64,000 nucleotides of DNA from Beijerinckiaceae bacterium (GCA_947474545.1 CANJJI010000002.1:3623-67622); one strand, 5' to 3'. Counted from the stretch's first letter, positions 19,368-29,821 are shown. Made by a program: numbers and translations. Notes: generated by a model from the sequence alone, not told the origin.

Positions 19368-20549
19368 TCAAGGAAATGCGTCGTAAGGGTCCTTCACCTG
19401 CGCCTGGCGATCGCCGCAGCGATTGAAGAGTTTGCCGTCGGCGCCTTTTTCGACTTTCAACGTATAGAAATCACCGATCATGCCGCGGTTTGCATCGAAG
19501 CTGGCCATGCCCATGGGGCCATTGACCTGGACCTTGGCCAAGGCGTTGATGAAAGCTTCTTTATCCTCAGCTTTGCCATTGATGTCCTTTAGCGCCTGGA
19601 TCACCATTTTGGCGGCCATATAGCCCATATATTGGTAGGAACCAGGCAGAGCGTTGAATTTCGATTGATAAGCCTGCACGAACTTTTTGTTTTCGGGCGT
19701 ATCCAGCGAGCCGCAATAGGTGTAGGCGCTGAAAACCCCTTCCGCTTGGGGCGGCATTGCGCCGAGAATTTCCTCGCTGGTGAACGAGGCAATGCCGAAG
19801 AACGGCATTTTCTTGCTCAGGCCATATTCCACATATTGCTGAACGATCCGCGATGAATCCGCGCCCCACATGGCCGCAAAGACGCCGTCAGCTTTGGATG
19901 GATCCATTTTTGTAACATAGGGGGCGTAATCGGACGTACCGACATTGGGAAACATCGCATCAACGATATTCTCGGCCCCAAAGACCTTTTTAAGTCCTTC
20001 AAGCGCTTCATGACCTGGAGGGGCGTTCCAGCCGATTAGATAGACCTTTTTCCAGCCCATCTTCTTGGCCGCTTCGGCGGCTGCCATCGTGTATTGATAG
20101 GACGAAGGCACAAAACGGAAAATATAAGGGCTCTTCTGGCCGCGCGTCAGGCTGGCCAGAGCGACTGTGCTGATCCAAGGCATTTTCTGTTCGTGAACAT
20201 AGGGGGCCACCGCCGCCCCAATCGAGCTGACGAGCTCTGACAGCAGAAGGTGAACCTTGTCGCGCTCAACCAGCGCCTTGATCTTGGTCAGCCCCGTGTC
20301 AGGCCGCCCCGCGCTGTCCTCGAACAGCAGTTCGACCTTGCGGCCAGCGATCACATTATTTTCTTCATCGAACGCAAGCTTGATCGCATCGCGTTCGGGC
20401 CGGCCCTGTCCTGCGAGCGGACCCGTCAAAGGGAACATGACGCCTATTTTGATGGCATCCTGGCTGAATGCAGCCTGTGGCATCATTGCAGTTGAGGCAA
20501 CTACGGACACACCGAGCCCAAGCAGCATTGCAGCGTAAAATGATCGCAT
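19368..20549 (-). CDS. LIV-type ABC substrate-binding protein (resembles aromatic-acid-binding SBPs)
   Basis: Signal peptide, IKIGVMFPLTG, FEDSAG, YIFR, NKKFVQAY; start moved to MRSFY (GAGGGAGG RBS) because the ORF-track start lies inside the tRNA. Confidence 0.9.
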   Translation of the reverse strand: MRSFYAAMLLGLGVSVVASTAMMPQAAFSQDAIKIGVMFPLTGPLAGQGRPERDAIKLAFDEENNVIAGRKVELLFEDSAGRPDTGLTKIKALVERDKVHLLLSELVSSIGAAVAPYVHEQKMPWISTVALASLTRGQKSPYIFRFVPSSYQYTMAAAEAAKKMGWKKVYLIGWNAPPGHEALEGLKKVFGAENIVDAMFPNVGTSDYAPYVTKMDPSKADGVFAAMWGADSSRIVQQYVEYGLSKKMPFFGIASFTSEEILGAMPPQAEGVFSAYTYCGSLDTPENKKFVQAYQSKFNALPGSYQYMGYMAAKMVIQALKDINGKAEDKEAFINALAKVQVNGPMGMASFDANRGMIGDFYTLKVEKGADGKLFNRCGDRQAQVKDPYDAFP

Positions 20550-20630
20550 TGGTTTCCTCCCTCTCTTATTAATACGAATACTAGATGCCTTTTTCCAAAA
20601 AGCGCAAGCTCGATTCGAAACGGGAGGATT

Positions 20631-20706
20631 TGGTGGGCCGGGAGGGACTTGAACCCCCAACCAGACCGTTATGAGCGGCCGGCTCTAACCATTGAGCTAC
20701 CGGCCC
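20631..20706 (-). tRNA. tRNA with CAT anticodon, most likely tRNA-Ile2 (lysidine type)
   Basis: 76-nt cloverleaf GGGCCGG-TA-GCTC...GAGC-C-GGCCG-CTCATAA-CGGTC-...GGGGG-TTCAAGT-CCCTC-CCGGCCC-A-CCA. G1:C72 pair excludes the initiator; Ile2 versus elongator Met is inferred from resemblance to alphaproteobacterial Ile2 genes. Confidence 0.95.
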
Positions 20707-21141
20707 CGCAGCGCATCGCGCCGAAGGAGGAGGCTCGCAATACACTCAAATCCGCATCCGGCGCAATGCTTGATTGCAGGCAGGTTGCCCCGGAACCGGC
20801 GAGCTAGGGCGAAAAGGAGCCTGCAGCGATAAGGCGCTAGTTCCAGTAATCGGCCGCCAGGCCAAGGCCGGCAATCACCGGGCACATCAACAGCCCCACG
20901 GCAATAGCGATATTTCCTCCCCGGGCAGGCCAAAGGAACATTGTCAAGGCTGAGCCTTTACGCGGGAGCGGATCGGTTGGGGTGCTATGCATGCCTGAAT
21001 GCATAAAACTCGCGGGTTACTGAAGGGTTGCCGAACGGCAGCGGCCCGTAATATTGGCCCAAATGCCACAACTCCCGACATTTTAATTTGTCGGACTTTT
21101 GACCCATTGCCCTCGCGCTAGGGTATCGCCAAAGTCCGGTC

Positions 21142-22074
21142 ATGATTTGCTCGATTTTCCAGCGCTTCGCTCCTCTCACGCTCGCCGCTGCCCTTGCTGG
21201 CTGTGCTGGCGGCGTCGGCGAAATTGCCGAGCCCTCGGTTTTTACCGGCAATCATCCCTTCCCGGTACGAGAGACCAGCCCCGGCCATCACCTCCATGAT
21301 GTCCACGGAATCGATGTCGCAAAATACCAAGGCGAGATCGACTGGCCGGCAGTTAAAGCTGCCGGGATCGGTTTTGCCTTTATCAAGGCGACAGAGGGCG
21401 CCGATCGCATGGACGATCGTTTTCAACAGAACTGGGCGGCGGCAAGAGCTGCAGGCGTGCCCCGTGGCGCCTATCACTTCAATTACTGGTGCAGCCCCGT
21501 CGAGGCACAGATCGATGCCTTTAAGCGTGTTGTCCCGGTCGAGCATGACTCGCTGCCACCCGTACTCGATCTCGAATGGAATTTCGACAGCCCAACCTGC
21601 CCCCGCAAGGTGCCCAAAGATGTGGCGCTCGAAGCCATCCACAAATTCCTGCGCGCGATGGAAGCCCATTACCGCAAGCGCCCCATTGTTTATGTGGATA
21701 TCCCCTTCTACCGCGACGTGCTTTCAGGCGGCGAATTACATGATTATCCCGTCTGGGTGCGCTCGGTGGCGGCGCCGCCGCAGGTTCGTTACCCCAACCG
21801 CCGCTGGGCATTCTGGCAATATTCAGCGAAAGGGCGCGTGCCGGGCATCAGACCGCTGGTGGACAAAAACGTATTTGCCGGCTCGCGCGAAGAATGGCGG
21901 CGGCTGGTCGCGTCGAATTTCTCGCACAGGAATGCGCCAGCCGTGGCATCCCCTGCACCCGCTCAACCCGCCCCGGCTGCACAACCGGCCGTCCTGACTG
22001 CCAGCAGCACGCCCGGGGCGGCTACGCCCACCACAGATCAAGCCGAAGCGCCAATCGTCGAAGCTAGCCGATAG
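21142..22074 (+). CDS. GH25 muramidase (lysozyme), predicted lipoprotein with Pro/Ala-rich tail
   Basis: Lipobox LAGC, GIDVAKYQ, FIKATEG, GAYHF, VLDLE (DxE), FWQYS. Confidence 0.9.
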   Translation: MICSIFQRFAPLTLAAALAGCAGGVGEIAEPSVFTGNHPFPVRETSPGHHLHDVHGIDVAKYQGEIDWPAVKAAGIGFAFIKATEGADRMDDRFQQNWAAARAAGVPRGAYHFNYWCSPVEAQIDAFKRVVPVEHDSLPPVLDLEWNFDSPTCPRKVPKDVALEAIHKFLRAMEAHYRKRPIVYVDIPFYRDVLSGGELHDYPVWVRSVAAPPQVRYPNRRWAFWQYSAKGRVPGIRPLVDKNVFAGSREEWRRLVASNFSHRNAPAVASPAPAQPAPAAQPAVLTASSTPGAATPTTDQAEAPIVEASR

Positions 22075-22084
22075 TCGCAGGTGT

Positions 22085-22188
22085 TAGAGCGTTTGCAGGA
22101 AAAGTGGCATGCGGTTTTCCGTTCGAAAATGCGTGAAAACAAAAAGTTTGAGTAGCCTTTCGGTTCAATGTAACCGCAAGGCGCTCTA
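22085..22188. repeat. 104-bp Bru-RS-type Rhizobiales palindromic repeat
   Basis: Terminal inverted repeat TAGAGCG...CGCTCTA; internal aaaagtgg...gcggttttcc...aaaatgcg...aaaacaaaaag typical of this family as recalled; supplies the TAG stop of the Bug gene. Confidence 0.75.
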
Positions 22189-23166
22189 GCGCACCTGGAT
22201 CTTCGCGTCCTTGACGATCTTCTCGAACTTGACCCGGTCCGCACGATAGACCTTTTCGAATTCCTCCGGCGTGGAACCGATCGGCTCCAGTTCGTTCTCG
22301 GCAAACCGTTCTTTCATATCGGCAGATTCAACGCCCTTTTTCATCTCGCGCGCGAGTTTGTCGACAATGTCCTGCGGCGTGCCTTTGGGCAGGAAAAGCC
22401 CCATCCAACCCCGGTTTTCAAAGCCCTTGAGCCCCGCTTCATCAAGTGTCGGCACATTAGGGAGCGTGGGCGAACGCTTCAGCGTCGTAATGCCCAGCGC
22501 ACGCAGCGCACCAGCTTCAATATGGGGCTTGGTGATCGACGACGGCACCAAGGCAACTTGAAGATCATTGCGGAACAGCGACTGAAACAACTGGCCGTCA
22601 CCCTGGAAAGGCACCATCTGGATATCGGTGCCGGTCAATTGCTTGATGAGCTCCATGGTCAGATGAAGAGAATTGCCGATGCCCGTAGAACCATAATTCA
22701 AGACACCCGGTTTGGATTTGGCAAGCGCGACAAGCTCCTGAAAGTTCTGCGCAGGGACCTGCGGATTGACGACAAGCACCGTCGATGTCGCCGCGATCTG
22801 CGTCACACGTATAAAATCGTCGTCGGGGCTGTAGCTGAGTTTGGCATAGATTGCCGGCGCGATGGCGTGACCGTTGATATTGAACAGGATCGTGTAACCA
22901 TCGGGCGCAGCTTTTGCCACGGCATCGGCGCCGATATTACCACCCGCGCCGCCTTTGTTTTCGATGATGAAATTCTGCCCCAGCTGTTGCTGCAACTTGG
23001 CTGCAACCAGACGCGCGATCGAATCCGTCGCCCCACCAGCCGGATAGGGCACAACAACTTTCACCACGCGATTGGGCCAGGTATCAGCCCCCTGCGCGAA
23101 GGCCTGCGGGATGCAGAATGTAACCGCAGCAAAGGCTAACGAAAGGCCACGAACGAACTTGCGCAT
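22186..23166 (-). CDS. Bug/TctC tripartite tricarboxylate transporter substrate-binding protein
   Basis: WPNRVVKVVVPYPAGGATD, ENKGGAGG, APDGYTI, YGSTGIG, VPTLDEAG; start moved to MRKFV. Confidence 0.92.
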   Translation of the reverse strand: MRKFVRGLSLAFAAVTFCIPQAFAQGADTWPNRVVKVVVPYPAGGATDSIARLVAAKLQQQLGQNFIIENKGGAGGNIGADAVAKAAPDGYTILFNINGHAIAPAIYAKLSYSPDDDFIRVTQIAATSTVLVVNPQVPAQNFQELVALAKSKPGVLNYGSTGIGNSLHLTMELIKQLTGTDIQMVPFQGDGQLFQSLFRNDLQVALVPSSITKPHIEAGALRALGITTLKRSPTLPNVPTLDEAGLKGFENRGWMGLFLPKGTPQDIVDKLAREMKKGVESADMKERFAENELEPIGSTPEEFEKVYRADRVKFEKIVKDAKIQVR

Positions 23167-23248
23167 AGATTTCCTCCAGAGGGCGGCATGGGCCACGCGA
23201 TTGTTACCCCGTTTGTGGAATATTTTAGACGAGCTGTCGAGATGGCTC

Positions 23249-24385
23249 TCAAGCCAGCGCAGGCACACCATCGCTTTCCCGTAAACCCATTTTGTGCAGC
23301 CGCGGCAAAACTTCCTGTGCAAAATACGGCAGTTCCAGCAGATAGTTCAGGAATGAAAAGCCGATGCCATCAAATCCCGCCCCGTGCAGCCGGGCCAGCT
23401 CATCGGCGACATCATCGGGCGTGCCGATAATATCGAAGCCCGATTGCCCATGCACCAGCGCACGCCGCATTTTGTCATAACCGGCCGGATCATCTTCACG
23501 CTTAACATCCTTTAGCGCCAACATATATTCGGCAGCGCCCCAGTCGGCTGTTTCCTCTGTCCAGTAATGCCAATAATCCCTTGCTTCCTTGCGCGTTGGA
23601 CGGCAAACTACCTGGCCGACTGTATAAACGCCAGTATCCTTGCCCAGCGCTTTGCCCGCTGCTTTCACCGTCGAAACTTCCTGCGCAGCCTCTTTCAGAT
23701 CGGGGAATCGGATCGCGGTGAAAAATGCATCGCAATTACGTAACGCATAGGCACGGCCAAGAGGCGAAGCCCCCGCGTTCATCATAAGCGGGCGGCTGCC
23801 GCCATAAGGTTTTGGTTTCAGCCGCAGCCCGCGTAACTTGAGATGCTTGCCAATGAAGTCGAACTCTTCTTCCGGGCCCCACATACGCAATATCGCGTCG
23901 ATCCATTCCTGACCATATTCATAGCGCAATTCGTTCGTCGCCTTTTGCTCGACGCCGAACATATTAAACTCGCTTTCGTTCCAGCCGATCACAATATTCA
24001 GCGCAAAACGGCCACGTCCAATAAGATCGGCCGTTACGATTTCCTTGGCCGCAAGCACCGGATTAAACAGCGGCGCATGAACGGTTGCGAAAACGGTAAT
24101 GCGTTTGGTTCGCGCCAGTTGCCCGGTCGCCCAGGTGATAGTTTCCATCGTCGTGCCCTGGTGATCAGTCTCGCCTCGATAACCACGCCAGCGCCCGATG
24201 GGCAGCATAAAATCAATACCCACCTGATCGGCAAGTTCGACAAGCTTCTCCGAAGAATCCCAATCTGCCAGCCAGCGCTCCGGCGCCTTCGTCATGGCGC
24301 GCCCGTTCGAGCAGTTTGAGCCGAACAGCCCAAGCTTGAACTTGTTGCCATTGTACATGGCAATGCGATCCTGCATCGGCGTCAT
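23249..24385 (-). CDS. LLM flavin-dependent monooxygenase (RutA/SsuD-like clade)
   Basis: FKLGLFGSN, GIDFMLPIGRW, GRFALNIVIGW, NAGASPLG, IIGTPDDVA. Confidence 0.87.
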   Translation of the reverse strand: MTPMQDRIAMYNGNKFKLGLFGSNCSNGRAMTKAPERWLADWDSSEKLVELADQVGIDFMLPIGRWRGYRGETDHQGTTMETITWATGQLARTKRITVFATVHAPLFNPVLAAKEIVTADLIGRGRFALNIVIGWNESEFNMFGVEQKATNELRYEYGQEWIDAILRMWGPEEEFDFIGKHLKLRGLRLKPKPYGGSRPLMMNAGASPLGRAYALRNCDAFFTAIRFPDLKEAAQEVSTVKAAGKALGKDTGVYTVGQVVCRPTRKEARDYWHYWTEETADWGAAEYMLALKDVKREDDPAGYDKMRRALVHGQSGFDIIGTPDDVADELARLHGAGFDGIGFSFLNYLLELPYFAQEVLPRLHKMGLRESDGVPALA

Positions 24386-24434
24386 GAAGTCCTCCCGGAT
24401 TTTCTTTTGACCTTAATTGCAAATCCCGGAGCGT

Positions 24435-25406
24435 TCACTGCGGCACGATGCCCGCACCCTTGGCCGTCTTTTCCCAATAATTGAGCTGGGAATCGATCCA
24501 TTCGCGCATTTCCTGCGGGCTCGACCATTTCACGTCAACGCCGATCTTCTGCAGCCGTTCGGCCGCAGCAGGCGTCTTGAGATAGGCGACAATCGGCGCG
24601 TTAATTTTTTCGATGATGGCATCTGGTGTGCCGCCCGGCGCCAGAAGGCCCTGCCAGCCTACGAGATAAAAGCCCCTTGCTGTCTCAGCCACCGCCGGCA
24701 CATCAGGCAGACTTGGTAGACGTTGCGGCGTCAATATCCCAAGCGCCCTGATTTTACCGGCCTCAACCAGAGGGATTCCTGGCGCTAGATCGACAAACAT
24801 CATGTTGATCTCGCCGGACATGAGATCGGTCAAAGCGGGCGCAGCGCCGCGATAAGGCACGTGGCGCAAGGTGAAACCATTCTCCTTGGCAAAAACTTCG
24901 ACGCCCAAATGAGTCGGCGTGCCGATACCGGGCGAAGCATAATTCAAAGGTTGGGGGCTGCTCCTCGCCAGATCGATGAAGTCTTGCACAGTCTTCACTT
25001 TCAACTGCGGCGACACCACCATGATATTATAGGTATAGGCCATCAGGGTAACCGGCTTAAGATCGCGCCTCGTATCGTAAGGCACATTTTTCGACACAAA
25101 CGGCACGATGCCCAACGCTGTCGGCGCGAGCAGAAGAGTCTGGCCATCAGGGGCGGCCCGTGCGACGGATGTGTTGCCGATCACACCACCAGCGCCTGTG
25201 CGGTTCTCGACAATGACATTGGCCTTGTATTCATTCTGAAGAATTTCTGCCGCCAGCCGTCCAAGTATATCGGTCGTTCCCCCCGGCACAAATGGCACAA
25301 CGATCGTGACAGGCCCATTGGGCCATTGCTGCGCCTGTGCGGCCCCTGCCGCAATCGCAGAGCCCGCGAAAATTCCGGCAGCGAAAAGCCTTGCGAAAAT
25401 TGTCAT
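24435..25406 (-). CDS. Bug/TctC substrate-binding protein
   Basis: WPNGPVTIVVPFVPGGTTD, ENRTGAGG, YASPGIGT, VPYRGAAPA. Confidence 0.92.
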   Translation of the reverse strand: MTIFARLFAAGIFAGSAIAAGAAQAQQWPNGPVTIVVPFVPGGTTDILGRLAAEILQNEYKANVIVENRTGAGGVIGNTSVARAAPDGQTLLLAPTALGIVPFVSKNVPYDTRRDLKPVTLMAYTYNIMVVSPQLKVKTVQDFIDLARSSPQPLNYASPGIGTPTHLGVEVFAKENGFTLRHVPYRGAAPALTDLMSGEINMMFVDLAPGIPLVEAGKIRALGILTPQRLPSLPDVPAVAETARGFYLVGWQGLLAPGGTPDAIIEKINAPIVAYLKTPAAAERLQKIGVDVKWSSPQEMREWIDSQLNYWEKTAKGAGIVPQ

Positions 25407-25453
25407 GTTTCCCTCCCGTTTTTTATCTGGACAAAGCGCTCACCACTGGCCGG

Positions 25454-26431
25454 CTATTCCTGCCTGGGAATATTGGCGTCCTTGACCACGCGCGCGAACC
25501 GTTCTCGGTCGGCCCGCCAGACTTTTTCGAAGTCTTCTGGCGACGAGCCCACCGGCACAAGGTCCAGAGCCGCAAGACGGGATTTCATATCGGCAGATTC
25601 CAGTGCGCGGCGGCCCTCGGCCACAACACGATCAACAATCTCACCCGGCGTGCCGCGCGGTGCGAAAAGGCCCATCCAGCCCTGCAGATCGAAGTCTTTC
25701 ACACCTTGCTCTGCAAGAGTCGGCACCTCGGGCATGGTTGGCACACGTTGCAACGTGGAAACGCCAAGCGCCCGCACATTGCCTGATTCCATTTGCGGAC
25801 GTGCTGCCGGTGCAGGCACCACGGCCAGTTGCACGTCTCCGGTCAACATCGCCTGTAGCAACGGCGCATCTCCACGGAAAGGCACCATCACGATATCTGT
25901 GCCGGTCTCGCGCTTGAAGACTTCCATGGTCAGATGCAGCGAGTTTCCGATTCCCGATGAACCATAATTCAGCACGCCCGGCCTGGCCTTTGCCAGCGCC
26001 ACCAGCTCAGGTAAGGTCTTGACCTCCAGCTTGTTGCTGGAAATCAGCACGTTCGCCAGCGACACGAAATTGGTTACGCGGATAAAGTCCGCATCCGCAT
26101 CAAACGGCAGTTTGGCGTAAATGGAAGGCGAGATAGCCAGCCCGTTGACCGCGAAGAGGAAAGTATAGCCATCAGGCGGCGATTTCGCGACGGCGTCAGC
26201 CCCTGTATTACCACCCGCGCCAGCGCGGTTCTCGACGAGGACGGGTTGCTTCAACAGTTCCTGATATTTGGCGGCCATCAGCCGTGCCACGACATCTGTG
26301 GCTCCCCCCGGCGCGAAAGCCACAACCCATTTAATGGGCCGCGCGGGCCAATTGGCGGTCTGCGCCAGGGCTTGACTGGCGAATGTCGAAAAAGCGACGG
26401 CGGCAAGGGCTGCTGCTAGGCGAAGTCGCAT
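25454..26431 (-). CDS. Bug/TctC substrate-binding protein
   Basis: WPARPIKWVVAFAPGGATD, ENRAGAGG, PDGYTF, YGSSGIG. Confidence 0.92.
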   Translation of the reverse strand: MRLRLAAALAAVAFSTFASQALAQTANWPARPIKWVVAFAPGGATDVVARLMAAKYQELLKQPVLVENRAGAGGNTGADAVAKSPPDGYTFLFAVNGLAISPSIYAKLPFDADADFIRVTNFVSLANVLISSNKLEVKTLPELVALAKARPGVLNYGSSGIGNSLHLTMEVFKRETGTDIVMVPFRGDAPLLQAMLTGDVQLAVVPAPAARPQMESGNVRALGVSTLQRVPTMPEVPTLAEQGVKDFDLQGWMGLFAPRGTPGEIVDRVVAEGRRALESADMKSRLAALDLVPVGSSPEDFEKVWRADRERFARVVKDANIPRQE

Positions 26432-26490
26432 GAATTCCTCCCGTTTGTCCCAGTGTGCCGGGAAATGGAAGGTTTGTCATCCGTAGGCAG

Positions 26491-26745
26491 TTATTTCCCG
26501 GTGAGCTTGGCTTCCAGCTCTTCGATGCGCTTGGCCAGCTTTTCATTCTCGTCACGGGCGAGGATCGCCATTTCACGGACAGCTTCGAATTCTTCGCGCT
26601 TGACCACGTCCATGCCCGACAGGAGCCTTTCCATCTGGGTTTTGACGATTGTTTCGACCTCGCGCCTCGCCCCCTGGGCCATACCAGCGGCGTCTGTCAT
26701 CAGCTTGGCGAGATCATCGAGAATGCGCGGTCCGGACTGGGCCAT
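26491..26745 (-). CDS. ubiK: Accessory factor UbiK / BMFP family coiled-coil protein
   Basis: ILDDLAKLMTDAAG, MDVVKREEFEAVREMA, coiled-coil C-terminus; start moved to MAQSG. Confidence 0.8.
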   Translation of the reverse strand: MAQSGPRILDDLAKLMTDAAGMAQGARREVETIVKTQMERLLSGMDVVKREEFEAVREMAILARDENEKLAKRIEELEAKLTGK

Positions 26746-26894
26746 GGGACGTCTCCGTTTTGAGCCCCACACATGGCCCTGCGCGAGCAAAAGAGCAAGA
26801 CGCAGGCTGCTGTGGAACGTTGGCGTTATCGCATATTTTCTCTGGTGCAAAGGCTATGGTATAAGCCACCCAGGGAACCGCGCCGGGGATAACA

Positions 26895-27995
26895 ATGAAC
26901 GAACACGTCCGCCCACCACAATCCAGCAACCGCCTTCGCGTCATCGATTGCGACATTCATCCGCGTATTGATTCGCCGCTGGAAATGAAGCCCTTTATGG
27001 CGTCGCGTGCCTGGGACCTCTGGCAGACTTTTGGCACCCGCAACCGCCATGGCTTCGCCAAGGGACACCCCTATCCCAAATCCCAGCCCGACAATGGCAT
27101 GCGCCGCGATGCCTACCCGCCAGACGGAACCATGGCCGGATCCAGCCTTTCCTTCATGCAGCAACAATTGCTCGACCCCTATGACGTGGAATTCGGAGTC
27201 ATGAACCCGCTCTCTCCAAGTGGTCAGGGCGAGATGAACCCCGAACTATCTGCGTCCCTCGCTTGTGCCTCCAACGAATGGCAACTGGAAAAATGGGCGC
27301 GTCCGGAACCGCGCCTTAAAGCCTCCATTGTCGTACCCTACGAAGACCCTGCCGCTGCCGTCGCGGAAATCCGGCGCCGCGCGGGCGACAAGCATTTCTG
27401 CCAGGTGCTCATGATGAGCCGCACCAACGAAGCGCTGGGCCGCAAGAAATACTGGCCCATCTATGAGGCAGCGGTAGAAGCGGGCTTGCCGATCGGGATC
27501 CATGTCTTCGGCTACAGCGGTTGGGCCTCCACCAGCACAGGCTGGTGCTCCTATTATGTGGAAGAAATGACCGAGCACGCAGCCTCCTGCTCAGCCATGG
27601 TTACGTCCATGATCATGGAAGGCCTGTTCGAACATCTGCCGGAATTGAAAGTCGTGGTGATTGAATCCGGCTTTGCCTGGATTCCCTCGCTAGGCTGGCG
27701 GCTCGATAAAAACTGGAAGCGCCTGAAACAGGAAGTCCCGCATCTGCGCAAGGCGCCCTCCGAATATCTGCGCAAGCACATCTGGGTGACCACACAGCCG
27801 ATGGAAGAATCCGAGCGCCCGCGCGATGTTATGGACAATATGGACTGGATCGGCTGGGACAAAATCCTCTTCGCCAGCGATTATCCCCATTGGGATTTTG
27901 ACGATCCCTATTACGCCATTCCCCCCGTCTTCGGAGAGGAAAAACGCCAGATGATCTTTAATGGCAATGCGAAAAAAGTGTTTAACTTCGGATGA
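26895..27995 (+). CDS. Amidohydrolase-2 TIM-barrel metalloprotein; candidate dinuclear oxygenase subunit
   Basis: IDCDIHP, IGIHVFG, VIESG, FASDYPHWDFD. Confidence 0.8.
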   Translation: MNEHVRPPQSSNRLRVIDCDIHPRIDSPLEMKPFMASRAWDLWQTFGTRNRHGFAKGHPYPKSQPDNGMRRDAYPPDGTMAGSSLSFMQQQLLDPYDVEFGVMNPLSPSGQGEMNPELSASLACASNEWQLEKWARPEPRLKASIVVPYEDPAAAVAEIRRRAGDKHFCQVLMMSRTNEALGRKKYWPIYEAAVEAGLPIGIHVFGYSGWASTSTGWCSYYVEEMTEHAASCSAMVTSMIMEGLFEHLPELKVVVIESGFAWIPSLGWRLDKNWKRLKQEVPHLRKAPSEYLRKHIWVTTQPMEESERPRDVMDNMDWIGWDKILFASDYPHWDFDDPYYAIPPVFGEEKRQMIFNGNAKKVFNFG

Positions 27996-28005
27996 TGGGT
28001 GGGCT

Positions 28006-28095
28006 GTCATCCTGGTAAGTCGTCTAACGATTTATCGGGGATCGCTGGAAATAGACTCACAAAGATGCCGGAACGGCTACGCCGTCCGCGATGAT
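28006..28095. repeat. Degenerate REP-doublet element
   Basis: gtcatcctgg...cgatttatcggggatc start matches the copies at 45962, 48529 and 58875; lies between convergent genes. Confidence 0.6.
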
Positions 28096-28109
28096 ATACA
28101 ACGGCGACC

Positions 28110-28739
28110 TCACACCTTCCCGTAATCGGCAAATTTCTCAATCACCAGCTTCATCTCCGCAGCGCTGAGAATAACTGGCTTCAAGGCAGCCGCCAGAATA
28201 TCCAAATATTCGCTTGCCAGATTTTCCACCTCCTGCGCCAAGATCCAACCTGCTTCAAGCGAAGTCCCCAAAGCAATGACGCCATGATTAGCGAGCAGGC
28301 ACGCCTTGCGATCAGTTAGAGCCGCAACGGCATGATCAGCCAGTTCCTGCGTCCCGAAAGTGGCATAATCGGCACAGCGGATATCATGTCCGCCCGCAAT
28401 TGCGATCATGTAATGAAACGCCGGCAGTGCTTTTCGCGCGCAGGATAAAGCCGTCGCGCGCGGCGAATGATTGTGAATGATTGCACCAATTTCAGGCCGC
28501 GCGCGGTAAATCGAGGCGTGGAACCGCCATTCGGAAGACGGCCGGTGCTTGCCTTTCAGCACGTTTCCATCGAGATCGAGATGAACGAGATCGCCGGGTT
28601 TCAACCCGGCATAAGGCAGGCCAGCAGGTGTTACCAAGAATCCTTTGTCCGTGCGCTGCGAAACATTGCCGGACTTTGAAGGGGCAAAGCCGCGCCCGTC
28701 CATCGCGCAAGCGATGCGGATAATGTCTGCCGCGCTCAT
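28110..28739 (-). CDS. Class II aldolase (FucA-like), probable methylthioribulose-1-P/5-deoxyribulose-1-P aldolase of the DHAP shunt
   Basis: [33 protein letters not shown]; ATGA overlap with mtnA. Confidence 0.8.
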   Translation of the reverse strand: MSAADIIRIACAMDGRGFAPSKSGNVSQRTDKGFLVTPAGLPYAGLKPGDLVHLDLDGNVLKGKHRPSSEWRFHASIYRARPEIGAIIHNHSPRATALSCARKALPAFHYMIAIAGGHDIRCADYATFGTQELADHAVAALTDRKACLLANHGVIALGTSLEAGWILAQEVENLASEYLDILAAALKPVILSAAEMKLVIEKFADYGKV

Positions 28740-29818
28740 GCGGCTTGATCGGGAAAAAGGCTACGCAGCCCCTCGCCAGTCGCCGCGCATACGCCGCGTT
28801 CCGTAATGAACCCTGTAACAAGCCGTGCAGGCGTGACATCGAAAGCGGGATTTGCCGCGCTACTGCCCGGCGCGGCGATGCGGAAAGTCTCGATATGCCC
28901 CCCCTCTGTCATACCCGTCATATGCGTGACTTCGCGGCCATCCCGTTCCTCGATCGGAATCTCGTGCAAGCCATTCGCAATCGTCCAGTCGATCGTCGAT
29001 GATGGGAGCGCGACATAAAACGGCACACTATTGTCGCGCGCTGCAAGAGCTTTCAGATAGGTGCCGATCTTGTTGGCCACATCGCCATTGGCGGATACCC
29101 TGTCGGTGCCAACAATCACCAGATCAACTTGCCCCTGCTGCATGTAATGACCGCCGGCATTGTCCACAATGACAGTGTGCCGGACACCGTGGCCGCCCAA
29201 TTCAAACGCGGTCAGCGATGCGCCCTGATTGCGCGGACGGGTTTCATCAACCCATACGTGGATTTCGATGCCTTCATCATGAGCAAGATAGATGGGCGCG
29301 AGCGCCGTGCCATAGTCAACTGTCGCCAGCCAGCCTGCATTGCAATGGGTGAGTATATTGACTCGGCCCTTGCGCGCGGCAATTTCACGAATCAACGGCA
29401 GCCCATTGAGGCCGATGGCAGTGCACGTTTCGACATCCTCATCACAAATCCGTTGTGCCTCTAACGCTGCTGCCTCCGCCCGTGCATCCGGATCTAGGGG
29501 CCGCAGCACCCGCGCCACACGATCTAGCGCCCAGCGCAGATTGATCGCTGTTGGACGCGTGCCTGCAAGGTCACCTAAGGCTGTATCCAGCGCACTGTCC
29601 GATCCGTCCACGCACATGGCGAGCACCACGCCCCAGGCTGCGGTAGCTCCTATCAATGGTGCACCGCGCACAATCATGCTGCGGATAGCATGGGCAGCTT
29701 CATCGCTTGTGCGCAGCAGAACGGTCTCAAACGCAAACGGCAAGCGGGTCTGATCGATGACACGTACACCATCGGCATCAGGCCAGATCGTGCGATAATG
29801 CGTGCCGTTGATCTTCAT
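28736..29818 (-). CDS. mtnA: S-methyl-5-thioribose-1-phosphate isomerase
   Basis: [62 protein letters not shown]. Confidence 0.95.
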   Translation of the reverse strand: MKINGTHYRTIWPDADGVRVIDQTRLPFAFETVLLRTSDEAAHAIRSMIVRGAPLIGATAAWGVVLAMCVDGSDSALDTALGDLAGTRPTAINLRWALDRVARVLRPLDPDARAEAAALEAQRICDEDVETCTAIGLNGLPLIREIAARKGRVNILTHCNAGWLATVDYGTALAPIYLAHDEGIEIHVWVDETRPRNQGASLTAFELGGHGVRHTVIVDNAGGHYMQQGQVDLVIVGTDRVSANGDVANKIGTYLKALAARDNSVPFYVALPSSTIDWTIANGLHEIPIEERDGREVTHMTGMTEGGHIETFRIAAPGSSAANPAFDVTPARLVTGFITERGVCAATGEGLRSLFPDQAA

Positions 29819-29821
29819 GAA

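Noticed and set aside
20550-20660. N-terminal extension of the SBP given in the ORF track
   Set aside because: Overlaps the tRNA; a strong RBS and signal peptide start at 20549
20560-21141. Integrase or attL/attR pair at the tRNA
   Set aside because: No recombinase ORF, and no second copy of the tRNA 3' end noticed in the window
21142-22074. Prophage endolysin
   Set aside because: Lipoprotein signal and no holin or other phage genes; fits a chromosomal GH25
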